This document shows positions 9,959-19,216 of a DNA stretch of 32,000 nt, piece by piece. The position numbers were made by a program, and so were the translations under genes. This stretch comes from Candidatus Saccharimonadota bacterium (GTDB lineage: Bacteria > Patescibacteriota > Gracilibacteria > Absconditabacterales > Absconditicoccaceae), in contig CP006913.1 in NCBI GenBank assembly GCA_000503875.1, positions 420,001 to 452,000 of the forward strand, read 5' to 3'. The notes below the pieces were generated by a model. That model saw nothing but the letters and a program-made list of their open reading frames with translations. It was not told where the DNA came from and made no database searches. Positions within the stretch are counted from its first letter, which is position 1; each line of letters begins with the position of its first letter.

Positions 9959-10630
9959 TTAATCTGAAGATAATCCAATTACAAACTCTCCTTTGATGGG
10001 GAGTTTTTTTGTCGCGATAAGTTCTTGTATTTCCGATACTGTTCAGGTTACTTGTTGTTCAAACATTTTACTAAGTTCTCTACAAATACTTACTTTACCG
10101 GTAAATCACAAGGCGCTGAGCTCTGTAAAAAGTTTTTCCACTCTATGTACAGATTCATAAAAAAAGGTAGGTATCTCAGATTGTAAGGCATTTTTCAAAG
10201 CCGTTTGTCTTCCTTTTTTTTGGGGAAGGAATCAAATATACACAAAAGATGAAGTATCGAAACCAGCGCCTACGACTGCAGGTACTAAGGCATTCGCTCA
10301 AGGAAGAATAGAATAGGGGAGCTTTTGCTCATTACATAATTGAATGAGGCTCTTTCCTGGATCAGAGAGTCAAGGAGTGCCTGCTTCAGAGACTATTCAG
10401 ACATCATGTTCTTTGAGGATATTGAGATAATGATTCATTTTGCCTTGTTCAGTGAAACTAGTTAGCGAAGATAACTGTTTGTCAGAAAAATTGATTTCAT
10501 ACATCTGCAACAATTTCATCGTTGTCCTTGTATCTTCGCACAGCAAATATTTTAATTCTTTGAGCATACGCAAAGCTCTCAGAGTTATATCTTCTTTATT
10601 TCCAATAGGTGTCGGGATAAAATAGAGCAT
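9959..10630 (-). CDS. rsmI: 16S rRNA (cytidine1402-2'-O)-methyltransferase RsmI
   Basis: MLYFIPTPIGNKEDITLRALRMLKELKYLLCEDTR matches the RsmI N-terminus. Downstream SEAGTP-G-LSDPG (G is TGA) is the conserved tetrapyrrole-methylase-fold motif. 223 aa, TAA at 9959-9961. Confidence 0.9.
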
Positions 10631-10658
10631 CTACAAAAAGTATAAAGTAAAATCTTTA

Positions 10659-10686
10659 TTGAAATGTTTATATGAATATATATAAT
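10659..10686 (+). promoter_or_regulatory. Near-consensus sigma70-like promoter inside the rsmI/11121 intergenic region
   Basis: TTGAAA (10659-10664), a 16-nt spacer, then TATAAT (10681-10686). The predicted TSS near 10693 lies downstream of the ATG of ORF-track entry 10672..10863. Confidence 0.45.
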
Positions 10687-10692
10687 AAACCA

Positions 10693-10879
10693 CAGGTTAA
10701 TGTCAACGAGACCATTATATATTACATATATCGTCCGTTGAAAAAGCCCCTATTCCTCGCTAGAATTAAGCTTCTTTCGAGCATGCTGAGTTTTTTGTCA
10801 ACGGAAACATCTAGAGACATTTTTAAAACTTGCAGCAAGACATTAGATGTCGGACACCCGTAGTTTCTACGGGTTTTTC
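10693..10879 (+). ncRNA. Candidate structured small RNA (about 185 nt), family not identified
   Basis: Locally GC-enriched sequence in an AT-rich genome. Long-range pairing of ccgttgaaaaa (10735-10745) with tttttgtcaacgg (10792-10804). It ends in hairpin acccgta/tacgggt (10856-10874) plus a T-run. It is bounded by the promoter above. Confidence 0.3.
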
Positions 10880-10892
10880 TTTAATAAAAAAA

Positions 10893-10976
10893 GAGGAGAG
10901 TAAGGGATCCTTCTGGAAATATCCAGGTACCTTACAACTCCTCAAAGTTTTCTCCTTCCTATGGAAGTGAGTTTTT
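10893..10976. other. Second structured module: a long imperfect hairpin plus a short hairpin/T-run. The strand is ambiguous
   Basis: gaggag..gtaagg (10893-10905) pairs with ccttac..ctcctc (10930-10943), with an inner ctgga/tccag stem. Read on the minus strand it is followed by T8. On the plus strand a further hairpin ctccttcc/ggaagtgag (10952-10971) is followed by T5. Confidence 0.3.
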
Positions 10977-11120
10977 AAATAGATTAAATGACATATAGCT
11001 TTCCCAAAGAACATCCTTCAAAAAGCCTGATGAATCTAACGAAACAAAATTTAAAGTCAAGAGATATTGCTATTTCATAGGAAATATATATAAAATATAA
11101 AACAATTAAAAAAAACAAAT

Positions 11121-11420
11121 ATGGGAAATTACGCTTCAAGACAGGCTCAACTTGAGTCTGAAACCAAAAACATTTTTGATAGGTTAATGAATAAAAATAC
11201 TATCGAAAAAAGCGATGTTATGAGTCTTGTTAATAAATTTAAGGCTCTCAAGGAAGAAAACCCTGCACAGTATGTAACTATTGCAAACAAAGCTATTGGT
11301 TTAAATAATAATTTTAAGAAATTAGCCTTAAAAGGGCGTGTTAATCCGAAAGGTTGGGAAAAATTAAATTCAATTTACGAAGAGTTCAAAAGCTTTGTTG
11401 AAGCGAAAGAACTTGCATAA
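11121..11420 (+). CDS. Hypothetical protein (99 aa)
   Basis: Uninterrupted ATG..TAA ORF with K/E/N-rich composition typical of this genome, followed by a hairpin/T-run. No family recognised. Confidence 0.6.
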   Translation: MGNYASRQAQLESETKNIFDRLMNKNTIEKSDVMSLVNKFKALKEENPAQYVTIANKAIGLNNNFKKLALKGRVNPKGWEKLNSIYEEFKSFVEAKELA

Positions 11421-11435
11421 AAAATTATTTTATAC

Positions 11436-11470
11436 AAAAAAAAGAGGTATGGTGTATCCAGCCTCTTTTT
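11436..11470. terminator. Probable bidirectional terminator
   Basis: Stem agagg (11443-11447) pairs with cctct (11462-11466) around a 14-nt loop, flanked by A8 and T5. It sits between convergent genes. Confidence 0.45.
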
Positions 11471-11471
11471 C

Positions 11472-12251
11472 TTATTCTAAAATAAGTGTTCATTTTTTCT
11501 TGAGTATCAACTTTTCATCCAGCATTCCCTTGATAATATCTGCAACATCTTTGTTAGGAAATTCTTCCTGCACACGAGAAATCAAAAGGGGTTTATCATC
11601 TTTGGTCAACTGCTTCAAAATCCATCCTCTCACTTGTCTATCAGAACCTTCAAATTTTGATTGTTTGGAAAGGGGTTTGATTTTGGTCTTTCTTGCAGTG
11701 AGTTCTAATGCTCCATAATCCATCAATGCATTATGCCAATCACGAGATTTTCCTGACGGTATAATTTTTTCTGCGAAGAGTTCGAGTTCTTGAAGTGAAA
11801 TAGTTTCAGGAAGTTTGTATAAGAAGATAAGTACTCTTCTGATATTGGTATCAATCACTGGCACTTCTTGGTTCCAAGCAAAAGCCAGAATAGCAGCTGA
11901 AGTATAGGGTCAAATTCAAGGCAATCATAAAAGCTGGTTTCTTTTGTTTGGTAATTTTCCATCATATTGTTCAACGACTGTTTGTGCACAGGCTTGCAAT
12001 CTCAAAGCTCTACTATTAAATCCAAGTCACGACCGATGTTTCAAAAGGTCGGTTTTTGTTGCCTTTGCTAAACTTACATAATCAGGAAAATCTTTCATCC
12101 ATTGATGAAAATAGGGGATGACTCTCTCCACCTGAGTTTGTTGTAACATAACTTCAGAAATATGTATTGCATAAGGATCTTTTGTCTGTCTCCAAGGAAG
12201 TATTCTTCCTTGTTTTTTATATCGATCCAAAATATTTTGAGGGATATTCAT
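11472..12251 (-). CDS. mutY: MutY-like HhH-GPD adenine DNA glycosylase; no Fe-S cysteines and no NUDIX-like C-terminal domain
   Basis: GRILPWRQTKDPYAIHISEVMLQQTQVERVIPYF is very MutY-like. S-G-LGFNSRA and LL-G-LP-G-I-G-PYTSAAI (TGA at 11925-27, 11916-18, 11910-12) form the HhH-GPD hairpin. VIDTNIRRVL carries the catalytic Asp. The standard-code stop at 11490-92 is TGA; the real stop is TAA at 11472-74. The only Cys in the protein is in LQACAQ. Confidence 0.8.
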
Positions 12252-12254
12252 AAA

Positions 12255-12533
12255 TTATATAAACAGAATAAGAGCAGTAAGGATAGCTATAATCCATAAA
12301 CTTGTCCATAACCAAAACCAGAGTAGAAATTTTCCTTTAACAGTTTTGTGACGCAAAAATTCCATAGCAGCTAAGGAACCAAGCCATCCTCCTGCACCAG
12401 CAAATCCCAAAAGTGTTCTTTCTTTGATTCTCCATTTTTGGTGTTGAGCCTTCCATTTATCAACTCCTCGTACCACAAAAGTTACGACATTGATAAGCAC
12501 AAAATAGATAAGCAGGATATATACTCGAGTCAT
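12255..12533 (-). CDS. DUF1294 family membrane protein
   Basis: VDKWKAQHQKWRIKERTLLGFAGAGGWLGSLAAMEFLRHKTVKGKF matches the DUF1294 pattern (DK..A......RI.E..L......GG..G...M..FRHKT.K..F). 92 aa, ATG..TAA. Confidence 0.8.
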   Translation of the reverse strand: MTRVYILLIYFVLINVVTFVVRGVDKWKAQHQKWRIKERTLLGFAGAGGWLGSLAAMEFLRHKTVKGKFLLWFWLWTSLWIIAILTALILFI

Positions 12534-12558
12534 AATGAGAAATTAATGAGTAAAAATT

Positions 12559-15162
12559 TTATAATTCATCTTTGATTTTTGCCAAGAATTGCAAAGCTTG
12601 TAACGGTGTCATACTATTTACGTCATAGCTTTGAAGCAATGATTTGATCTTTTCATATTTTGGATCTGTTGTTGCTTTTGGGGTGAAATGAAGCAATCCA
12701 TCTTGCACAATATCTTTCTTATTCGTCTCCAAAGCTTTTAGATTTTCTTTGGCTCTTTCTACGATTACTGGTGAGATACCAGCTAATTTTGCCACATCAA
12801 GTCCGTAACTTTTGCTAGCTCAACCAGCTGCAATCTTTTTCATAAAAACAACTTCCTTCTCTGTTTCATACACACTTACACTATAATTTTTTACTCCTAT
12901 CAATGTTCATTCAAGCTGAATCAATTCATGGTAATGCGTAGCAATCAATGTTTTAGCTTTAATTTCTTGGACAATATATTCCAAAATTGCTTTGGTCAAT
13001 GCCAGTCCATCATAGGTTGAAGTACCACGTCCAAGTTCATCAAAGATAACAAAGCTTTTGGCAGTAGCATTGTTTAATATATTGGCAACTTCTATCATTT
13101 CCGTCATAAAGGTAGATTGGTTTTTGGCAATAACATCACCACTTCCTACACGAGCAAATAATGCATCAATAAGTCAGATTTTAGCTTCTTTTGCAGGGAC
13201 AAATAATCCACAATGTGCCATCAAAACTATCAAAGCATTTTGACGTAAATAGGTGGATTTACCTCACATATTTGGTCAGGTAATCACATGCAAAAAATCA
13301 TCATGATCTCCAAAATTGAGCGTATTTGGGATAAACTGTTGATCTTGAGGAAGAAAATGTTCGATTACGGGATGTCTTCCTTCAATGATTTCAATCTGAT
13401 GATGTTCCGTAATCGTCGGCTTAGTATAACGATATTGCTTTGCAAGAAGTGCTTGCGAACTAAACACATCTAACCATGAAATGTGCAATGCATATTCAGT
13501 CAACGCTTCTACAATCATCGCCATTTCTTGTTGTAGGTGAGCAAGGCGACTAAATTCTTGTTTAACTAATTGTGCTCTTGCTTCCAAAATATCTTCTTGT
13601 AAATGATCGAGATACGGAGAGGTAAATCTCTGTCCTCATTTAAGCGTATTTCTACGAATTAAATCTGATTTTGTATCGTCAGGATTGTTTGTTTTATGGT
13701 CGTTAAGTTTACTTTCAAACTGGTCAATATCCTTATTTGTGATCTCAATAAAATATCCTTGATTGAGAATAAATTTCACTTTTACATTGGAAATACCGGT
13801 GATTTCACCCAATAATTGTTGATATTCCAAGAGTAAATTATCAGAATGAAACGCTATTTTTCTCAGTCTATCAATCTCGGAATCTACACCATCACGGATA
13901 AAGTTCATATCATCAGCAAAATCTTCATCATCCTTGATCGTTGCCTGTAAGGTGTGATAAAAATCTTCAACAATTTTTTCTGTTGCCTGAGGCAATCAAA
14001 TACGAAGTAATTCTTGACGCATATCTTGCTGATCAAAAAAGAGTCTTAGCGTGCTTCTTAGTTTGATAAATCACGAAGCGAGCAGTTTTCTATACAATAA
14101 ATTACTGATAATTTTGGGAATATCATAGACATTAGCCAACTGATTATGGACTTTATGTGTCTCATGTTCATGATCAATATGCCACTGGATATGCTCCAAA
14201 CGGTGATTAAGCTGATCAAGATCATTGAGAGGATTCGCCAGCACAGAACGTAAAAGCCTTGATCATCACGAAGTTTTGGTACTATCCAAAATTCCAATCA
14301 AACTATATTTTTCGCTACTTTCATAACTCGAACTAAAGATTTCCAGATTTTTCAACGTCACTTCATCGAGCAAAACTGCTTTATCCATACTATGCAGCGC
14401 TATACGAGAAATATTAGTTAATGCTTGTTGTTGGGTTGTTTGGAGATAAGAAAAGAGGAGTGCTAACGCCTGTCATCTTCCTTCTTCAACTGCTTTTCCA
14501 TAACTTGCTAAGGTCTGGATTTTACATTGTTCGAGCAAATATTCTTCGTATCTATGGGGCACATCAGCGAGAGAAATTAAACAATTCTGATATTGTTTTA
14601 TAAGTTTGGTGAGTTCATCTTTGTTGGGGAATTCAATATCGACGATCACTTCTACCGGATTGACGATCAAAATAAATTTCTGCAGATCCTCGATGCTTGC
14701 AAAGCTTTTTGTCGCATATTCTCCCAGCGCGAAATCTCCCCATGCAATATGGAAATTATGCCCGCTTTTTACTGGTTCGAAACTCACTGCAAGCATATAG
14801 GTAAACGATTTTTTTGTCTCCTGAATAAACGTTCAGGGAGTAATAATCTGGGTGATTTTTCTTTCAACAATTTTGCCAGGAATCGGATCAGTAGTTTGTT
14901 CTGCTATAGCGACTTTGTGTCCATGACTGATAAGTTTTGGAATATATTTATCGACGCTATGATAAGGAATTCCCGCCATAGGAATAGGATTTTCAGAATC
15001 TTTGTTTTTACTTGTTAACACAAGATCCAAGATCTTGCTTGCTATTTTGGCGTCTTCGAAAAAGGTTTCATAAAAATCCCCCATACGAAAAAAGAGAATG
15101 CAATCAGCACACTGCTTTTTGATATCGATATATTGTTGCATTGCAGGAGTATAGGTAACCAT
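12559..15162 (-). CDS. mutS: DNA mismatch repair protein MutS
   Basis: Six ORF-track pieces (14833..15162, 14473..14796, 13636..13995, 13276..13587, 12907..13107, 12559..12795) share one frame and are separated only by TGA. The N-terminus [13 protein letters not shown]...[15 protein letters not shown] is canonical. Walker [17 protein letters not shown] has TGA at 13276-78 and 13264-66. [13 protein letters not shown] is present. 867 aa, TAA stop. Confidence 0.95.
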
Positions 15163-15230
15163 ATTTCAAGGGATAATAGGAGTTTAAATATATCTAGCTA
15201 TACTTAAAGTTTTCTCGTCAAAAAGCAAAC

Positions 15231-15258
15231 AAAAAAAGGGAAGGTAAAAAACCTTCCC
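15231..15258 (-). terminator. Rho-independent terminator for the 15268..15858 gene
   Basis: Stem gggaagg (15238-15244) pairs with ccttccc (15252-15258) around a 7-nt loop. A T-run follows on the minus strand (A7 at 15231-15237 on the plus strand). Confidence 0.75.
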
Positions 15259-15267
15259 TTAAATACT

Positions 15268-15858
15268 TTAAAATAATGATTTCTTTTCTAGAACACCTTG
15301 TTGTTCCAGAAATTCAGAAATATTATTTAATTCGTTTTGCCAATTCGTCAACTTTTTCCCATCATATAATTCTTGGGAAATTTGTTTTTTAATGGATTTG
15401 TAACGCTCCAAAAAGAAATTCTTTGCTCTAAGATATTCTTTCCACAATACGATAGAGATAAGGAATAGAAAAGGATATCCTAGGACTATAAATAACAAAC
15501 TAGGTACTCCTTTTTGAAGATACGTTATTAAAAAAAACAATTCAATAAGGATAAACAACCAAACGTTTGATGCTACTTTTAAAAATGCCCCAAAAGAAAA
15601 GAGTAGTTCTAACATTTGTCGTTGGCTGGACAAACTAAATGCTCTATTTTTCATAAATATTGATTTTAGGGATTTAATATAATTTATGTTTTTATAGTCA
15701 AAAGTCAAGTTCTTTGTTTTCTCTTGTATTTTCTCATCAAATCGATAACTATTGGCTATCAGTTTTTTTATTTTTACTAGTTTTCTATGAATCTCGAAAA
15801 GCTCTTTGGAAGCAAAACAAAGGTAGATATTCTCAAATATTTGCTTTTTAGAAGACAA
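15268..15858 (-). CDS. Hypothetical multi-pass membrane protein (start uncertain)
   Basis: Open frame with TAA stop and hydrophobic segments (WLFILIELFFLITYL, LLFIVLGYPFLFLISIVLW). The ORF-track start at 15858 is TTG and would overlap the divergent gene starting at 15787. The first in-frame ATG is at 15654, which would give 128 aa. Confidence 0.55.
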   Translation of the reverse strand: MSSKKQIFENIYLCFASKELFEIHRKLVKIKKLIANSYRFDEKIQEKTKNLTFDYKNINYIKSLKSIFMKNRAFSLSSQRQMLELLFSFGAFLKVASNVWLFILIELFFLITYLQKGVPSLLFIVLGYPFLFLISIVLWKEYLRAKNFFLERYKSIKKQISQELYDGKKLTNWQNELNNISEFLEQQGVLEKKSLF

Positions 15859-16323
15859 GGAATTTCTATGAGAGCATTGGAAAGTGAATTAGAATGGACT
15901 TTCCCAGCAATTAAAAAACAAGTAGATGCATTAGAAGAAGCTGGTGTAATTGACGTAAACAAAGAATGACAAGGACGATCTATTTCTCTTAAAGTTGATT
16001 TTTTTGATAAAATTAGAGATATATTTTTCTTTTGACTCAAACAATCATTAATACAACTCTTCAAAACATATGATGTTATGATAGATAAATATTATTTTGG
16101 AAAAAGGTTTTGATTAGATTTAGAAATGGATTTGGTGGTAATTTATAAAAACGCAGAAAAGCCACAAATAGATAAAATAAAAGACGAAATTAATACTATT
16201 TTTAGAAATTATTTTATAGAAATTGTTTATGTAGTGTTTATGTCAACTGAAGAACGAGAAAAACGTTATAGGTTAGCAGATAGATTTGTACTTCAGATTA
16301 TGAGAAGTATCCAAAAAACATAA
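15787..16323 (+). CDS. Winged-helix DNA-binding domain fused to a minimal nucleotidyltransferase-like domain
   Basis: Pieces 15787..15969 and 16126..16323 share a frame and are joined by 3 TGA. The N-terminal KVDILKYLLFRRQGISMRALESELEWTFPAIKKQVDALEEAGVI is an ArsR/MarR-type wHTH. The C-terminal FGKRF-G-LDLEMDLVVIY resembles the G[SK]..G....DxD strand of minimal NTases. 178 aa. Confidence 0.6.
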
Positions 16324-16346
16324 ATTTTAGGTATCCTATCATCAAT

Positions 16347-17051
16347 ATGATTATTACTGAAGAAAAAAGAAATCAAATAGTATCATATATTGTACATGCA
16401 GGAGAAATTTTACAAAAAGAAAATCATTTTCCCAAACATTCATATAAATATGCATATCTGCCTATATGATCAGAATTATATACAGGTACATTAAAAGCAG
16501 CAGGTTATTTATTTCTTGATAAAACGCTAAATAATATAATTTTTCTTATAGAACAAACAGAATATCCAAAAGAAATAATCAGCTATATAGACGAAACAAA
16601 GTTACTTATTCTATGACGTAGTATAAAAAACAAATCAATACCATCAAAGAATAATCAACCAGTTTCTAGAGAAATATTCGAACAATTACTTTATATAAGA
16701 TTATTAACAAAAGTAACATCAGTAACAATATTAGGTATAGGAACAAAAATAACAAAAAAACAAATAACAGAAGAAATTAACAATATAGGATATTCTGATT
16801 ATTGAATTATTGTTTTAGGAAAAGCATCAGAAAATAATAAATCTGAATTATCCAAGATGGAAGATATAAAAATGATAGAAAATATGATGGATAAAAAAAC
16901 ATACAAAGAGAATGCTTCTTGGCTAGGTAATATATATACAGATATAATAAAAAAACATAAAGGAAAACCAGAACTTGTTGCTTATGTGCATTCTTCTGAT
17001 TTATGAATAAAAACAATTAAACAAATCTGATATATATGTATGGTTGCATAA
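16347..17051 (+). CDS. Hypothetical protein (234 aa)
   Basis: ATG at 16347 and one frame through 5 TGA to TAA at 17049-51. The standard-code track misses it entirely because no fragment reaches 60 aa. No confident family. Confidence 0.55.
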
Positions 17052-17138
17052 AGTAAATTTGAAATGCATTTGCTCTTGCAAAAGCAAAGTAAATTAATAA
17101 AAAATACAGACGTTTCTTTATACATAATTTTTTTTGTA

Positions 17139-17321
17139 ATGATGAAGTTTATTTATGATAGTTTGGAAACTGTCAAAAAGTTAAAACATCCGACTAAAAA
17201 GGATTTTATAAACATTACTATTGCTATTTTTGTTGCAGTAATTCTTTCTAGTATTCTTTTTGTACTTTATGATACTGTCTTTACATGATTGTATAAATGG
17301 TTTTATAATATGATGCAATAA
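17139..17321 (+). CDS. secE: Preprotein translocase subunit SecE
   Basis: MMKFIYDSLETVKKLKHPTKKDFINITIAIFVAVILSSILFVLYD fits the SecE pattern (E.KKV.WPt..E, then a single TM). It lies directly upstream of nusG. One TGA is read through to TAA at 17319-21. The start could be further upstream (ATG at 17064). Confidence 0.8.
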
Positions 17322-17352
17322 TAAAAAAAAATTTATAATATAATCTTATCTT

Positions 17353-17937
17353 ATGCAAAAAACAGAAGTAAGTACCGTTGAGATAAAAAGACAGATAGAA
17401 GATAATTCATACAAATGGTATGTATTAAGTGTAATAGCAGGTCAAGAAGAACTTGTTATGGAAAATCTCAAAGAAAGAGTTAAGAAACAAAGTCTTCAAG
17501 ATGATGTAGTAGATTTTATGTCACCAGTAGTGCATGAATATGCTATTAAAAAAGGAGAAAAAATAATAAGAACAAAGAAACTTTACCCAGGATACGTCTT
17601 CATAAAATCTAAAATGAATGACAAAATCCGATACGTAATTAGAAATACTCCTTGAGTAAGATTAATTGTAGGAGCAGAAACTCGTCCAATTCCATTAACT
17701 GAGCAAGAATACTTAGATATTGTTAAACAAATAGAGAAATCACAAGAAAGATCTGAATTAGTTATTCCGTACAGAATTGGAGATGTTGTAATGCTAAAAA
17801 CAGGAGATTTTAAATGAATGAAGTGAGTTGTTAAAAATATAGATCCAGACAAATGAACAGCTGTTGTAAATGTAGAAATGTTATGAAGACTCACCCCAGT
17901 TGTTATAGATGTAGATAAAATTGAACTCATAAGCTAA
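17353..17937 (+). CDS. nusG: Transcription termination/antitermination factor NusG
   Basis: KWYVLSVIAGQEELV (Trp is TGG at 17416-18). YPGYVFIK...RNTP-G-V has TGA at 17653-55. KOW region GDVVMLKTGDFK-G-MK-G-VV. 194 aa, TAA at 17935-37. Confidence 0.92.
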
Positions 17938-17977
17938 AGAAAATATGATAGATAAAGAGTAATTATCTTCTTATAAG

Positions 17978-18751
17978 ATGCAAAATAACAGAAGATATTT
18001 CCCTTTTGCTTCTCTATCGTTTTATCTCTTGATCTTACTAATGCATCAAAAGGAATTACATGTGGTAAGATTTTCGATGGTAGTGCTATTTTCAGCACTA
18101 ATGATCGTTTATCTACTATTGTATCAAATCAAAGGCGATGATATAGTAGATCAACTTAGTGTGATAAATACTAAGGAGTATGAGTCATCAATAGATGAAT
18201 CTTTATATCAAGATAACGAAACACTTAACGAATTTGATCAAGAAAGTTTATTACTAGAAGAACCAATAGAAACAGGATCAACTATTAATAAAGAAACTGA
18301 TTCTTTGTTCGAAACAGCCACATGAAGTAATTCAACAACATGAAATAGTTCAACAACATGAAAAACCATAACAACAAATAAAATCATGGTTTTATCAGGA
18401 ACAAGTTTGTGGTATGGAAGAGTAGAGTCTGTAGAAAAATTGGGAATTAGTTATCAATATGCGTTAAAAGATCAGAAAGATATTTATTATGTCTTTTTGG
18501 ATCCAGAAAAATATAAGTTTGATGAAATAGTTAAATCATTGGGATGAACAACATATACCATAACTACAGAAAAAGATATTATGGAAAATAAATTGTTTTG
18601 AGAAAAGATTACTTTCATCAATCTTCCAGAATATAAATGAACAAAAGTTATTATGCTTATTGAATTCCAAAAAGCATTGTGGTTGATCCAGGTCAACTAC
18701 CAAATATATCATAGTTCAAAGTGATATATTAAAACACTATTTATCGAATAA
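17978..18751 (+). CDS. Hypothetical membrane protein inserted between nusG and rplK
   Basis: ATG at 17978 and one frame through about 7 TGA to TAA at 18749-51 (257 aa). There are two N-terminal hydrophobic segments and an acidic linker. An 18-nt tandem duplication (18323-18358) encodes GSNSTT/GNSSTT, each unit starting with a TGA-Gly. Confidence 0.6.
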
Positions 18752-18763
18752 CCTTATACAACA

Positions 18764-19216
18764 ATGGCAAAAATTATGAACATCTTGTACTTAGAAGTAC
18801 CTGCTGGAAAAGCACAACCATCTCCTCCTCTCGGGCCTATGCTTGGAGCTAATGGAGTAAATATCTGACAATTCATCAAAGAATTCAACGATAAAACAAT
18901 GGAAATGATGAAATCATTTTGAGGATCTGATGTAAAAATCAAATGTAAACTTACTATCTTTGCAGATAGAACATTTACGTTAGAACTTGGGAAACCAGTA
19001 ACATCAAATCTTATTTTATGGAAGATAGGACAAAAAACAGGTTCAGGAGAACCAAATAAAAAAAATATTGGTAAACTTACAAGAAAAGATTTAGAAGAAA
19101 TAGCTGAACTTAAAAGAGGTGATATGAATACAGAAGATATCGAAGCTATGATCAAAATTATTGGAGGTACTGCAAAAAATATGTGAGTAGAAGTAGAAAA
19201 ATGAGCAATTAAATAG
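18764..19216 (+). CDS. rplK: 50S ribosomal protein L11
   Basis: [28 protein letters not shown] and GTAKNM-G-VEV (TGA at 19184-86) match L11 conserved blocks. 150 aa with 4 in-frame TGA and a TAG stop at 19214-16. The antisense ORF 18754..19155 in the track is a shadow. Confidence 0.93.

Noticed and set aside
10672-10863. The 63-aa ORF in the rsmI/11121 spacer as a protein-coding gene.
   Set aside because: Its ATG lies inside the spacer of the best promoter, upstream of the predicted TSS. Its composition is unlike other proteins here, and its stop is embedded in a terminator hairpin. The region looks more like structured RNA, though a small protein cannot be fully excluded.
10690-11045. Identifying the GC-rich spacer as RNase P RNA, tmRNA, SRP RNA or a purine riboswitch. 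The partial matches were GGGAAAGC, CCAUAGG, AAUAGGGGCUU and GUUUCUAC.
   Set aside because: There is no complementary P4 partner and no ACAGAA/GGCUUA arrangement. There is no T-arm-like GGUUCnAnUCC or CCA-ended acceptor pairing, and no GGAA/AGCA SRP domain IV. The GUUUCUAC is simply the loop and stem of a terminator hairpin. The family is left unassigned.
12559-15162. Read with the standard code, mutS (and likewise gyrA, htrA, the antiporter, ftsX, rsmI and others) looks like a heavily decayed pseudogene with many premature stops.
   Set aside because: All interruptions are TGA and none is TAA or TAG. There are no frameshifts, conserved motifs are intact, and TGA coincides with invariant Gly positions. 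Recoding explains this, not decay.
16347-17051. Calling the 234-aa protein a MEMO1/AmmeMemoRadiSam-B-like enzyme because of VHAG, ILGRS and HSSDLG strings.
   Set aside because: The spacing and order of the motifs do not fit the family (HSSDLG is at the extreme C-terminus, and there is no His-rich metal site). The resemblance is too weak without a profile search.
17583-19155. Long antisense ORFs in the track (17583..17930 and 18754..19155; also 26451..26825, 27477..27836, 14593..15018, 23241..23591, 21006..21320).
   Set aside because: They lie opposite well-supported conserved genes (nusG, rplK, purA, antiporter, mutS, gyrA, TPR) and have low-complexity S/F/I/L-rich products. They are typical shadow ORFs of an AT-rich genome.
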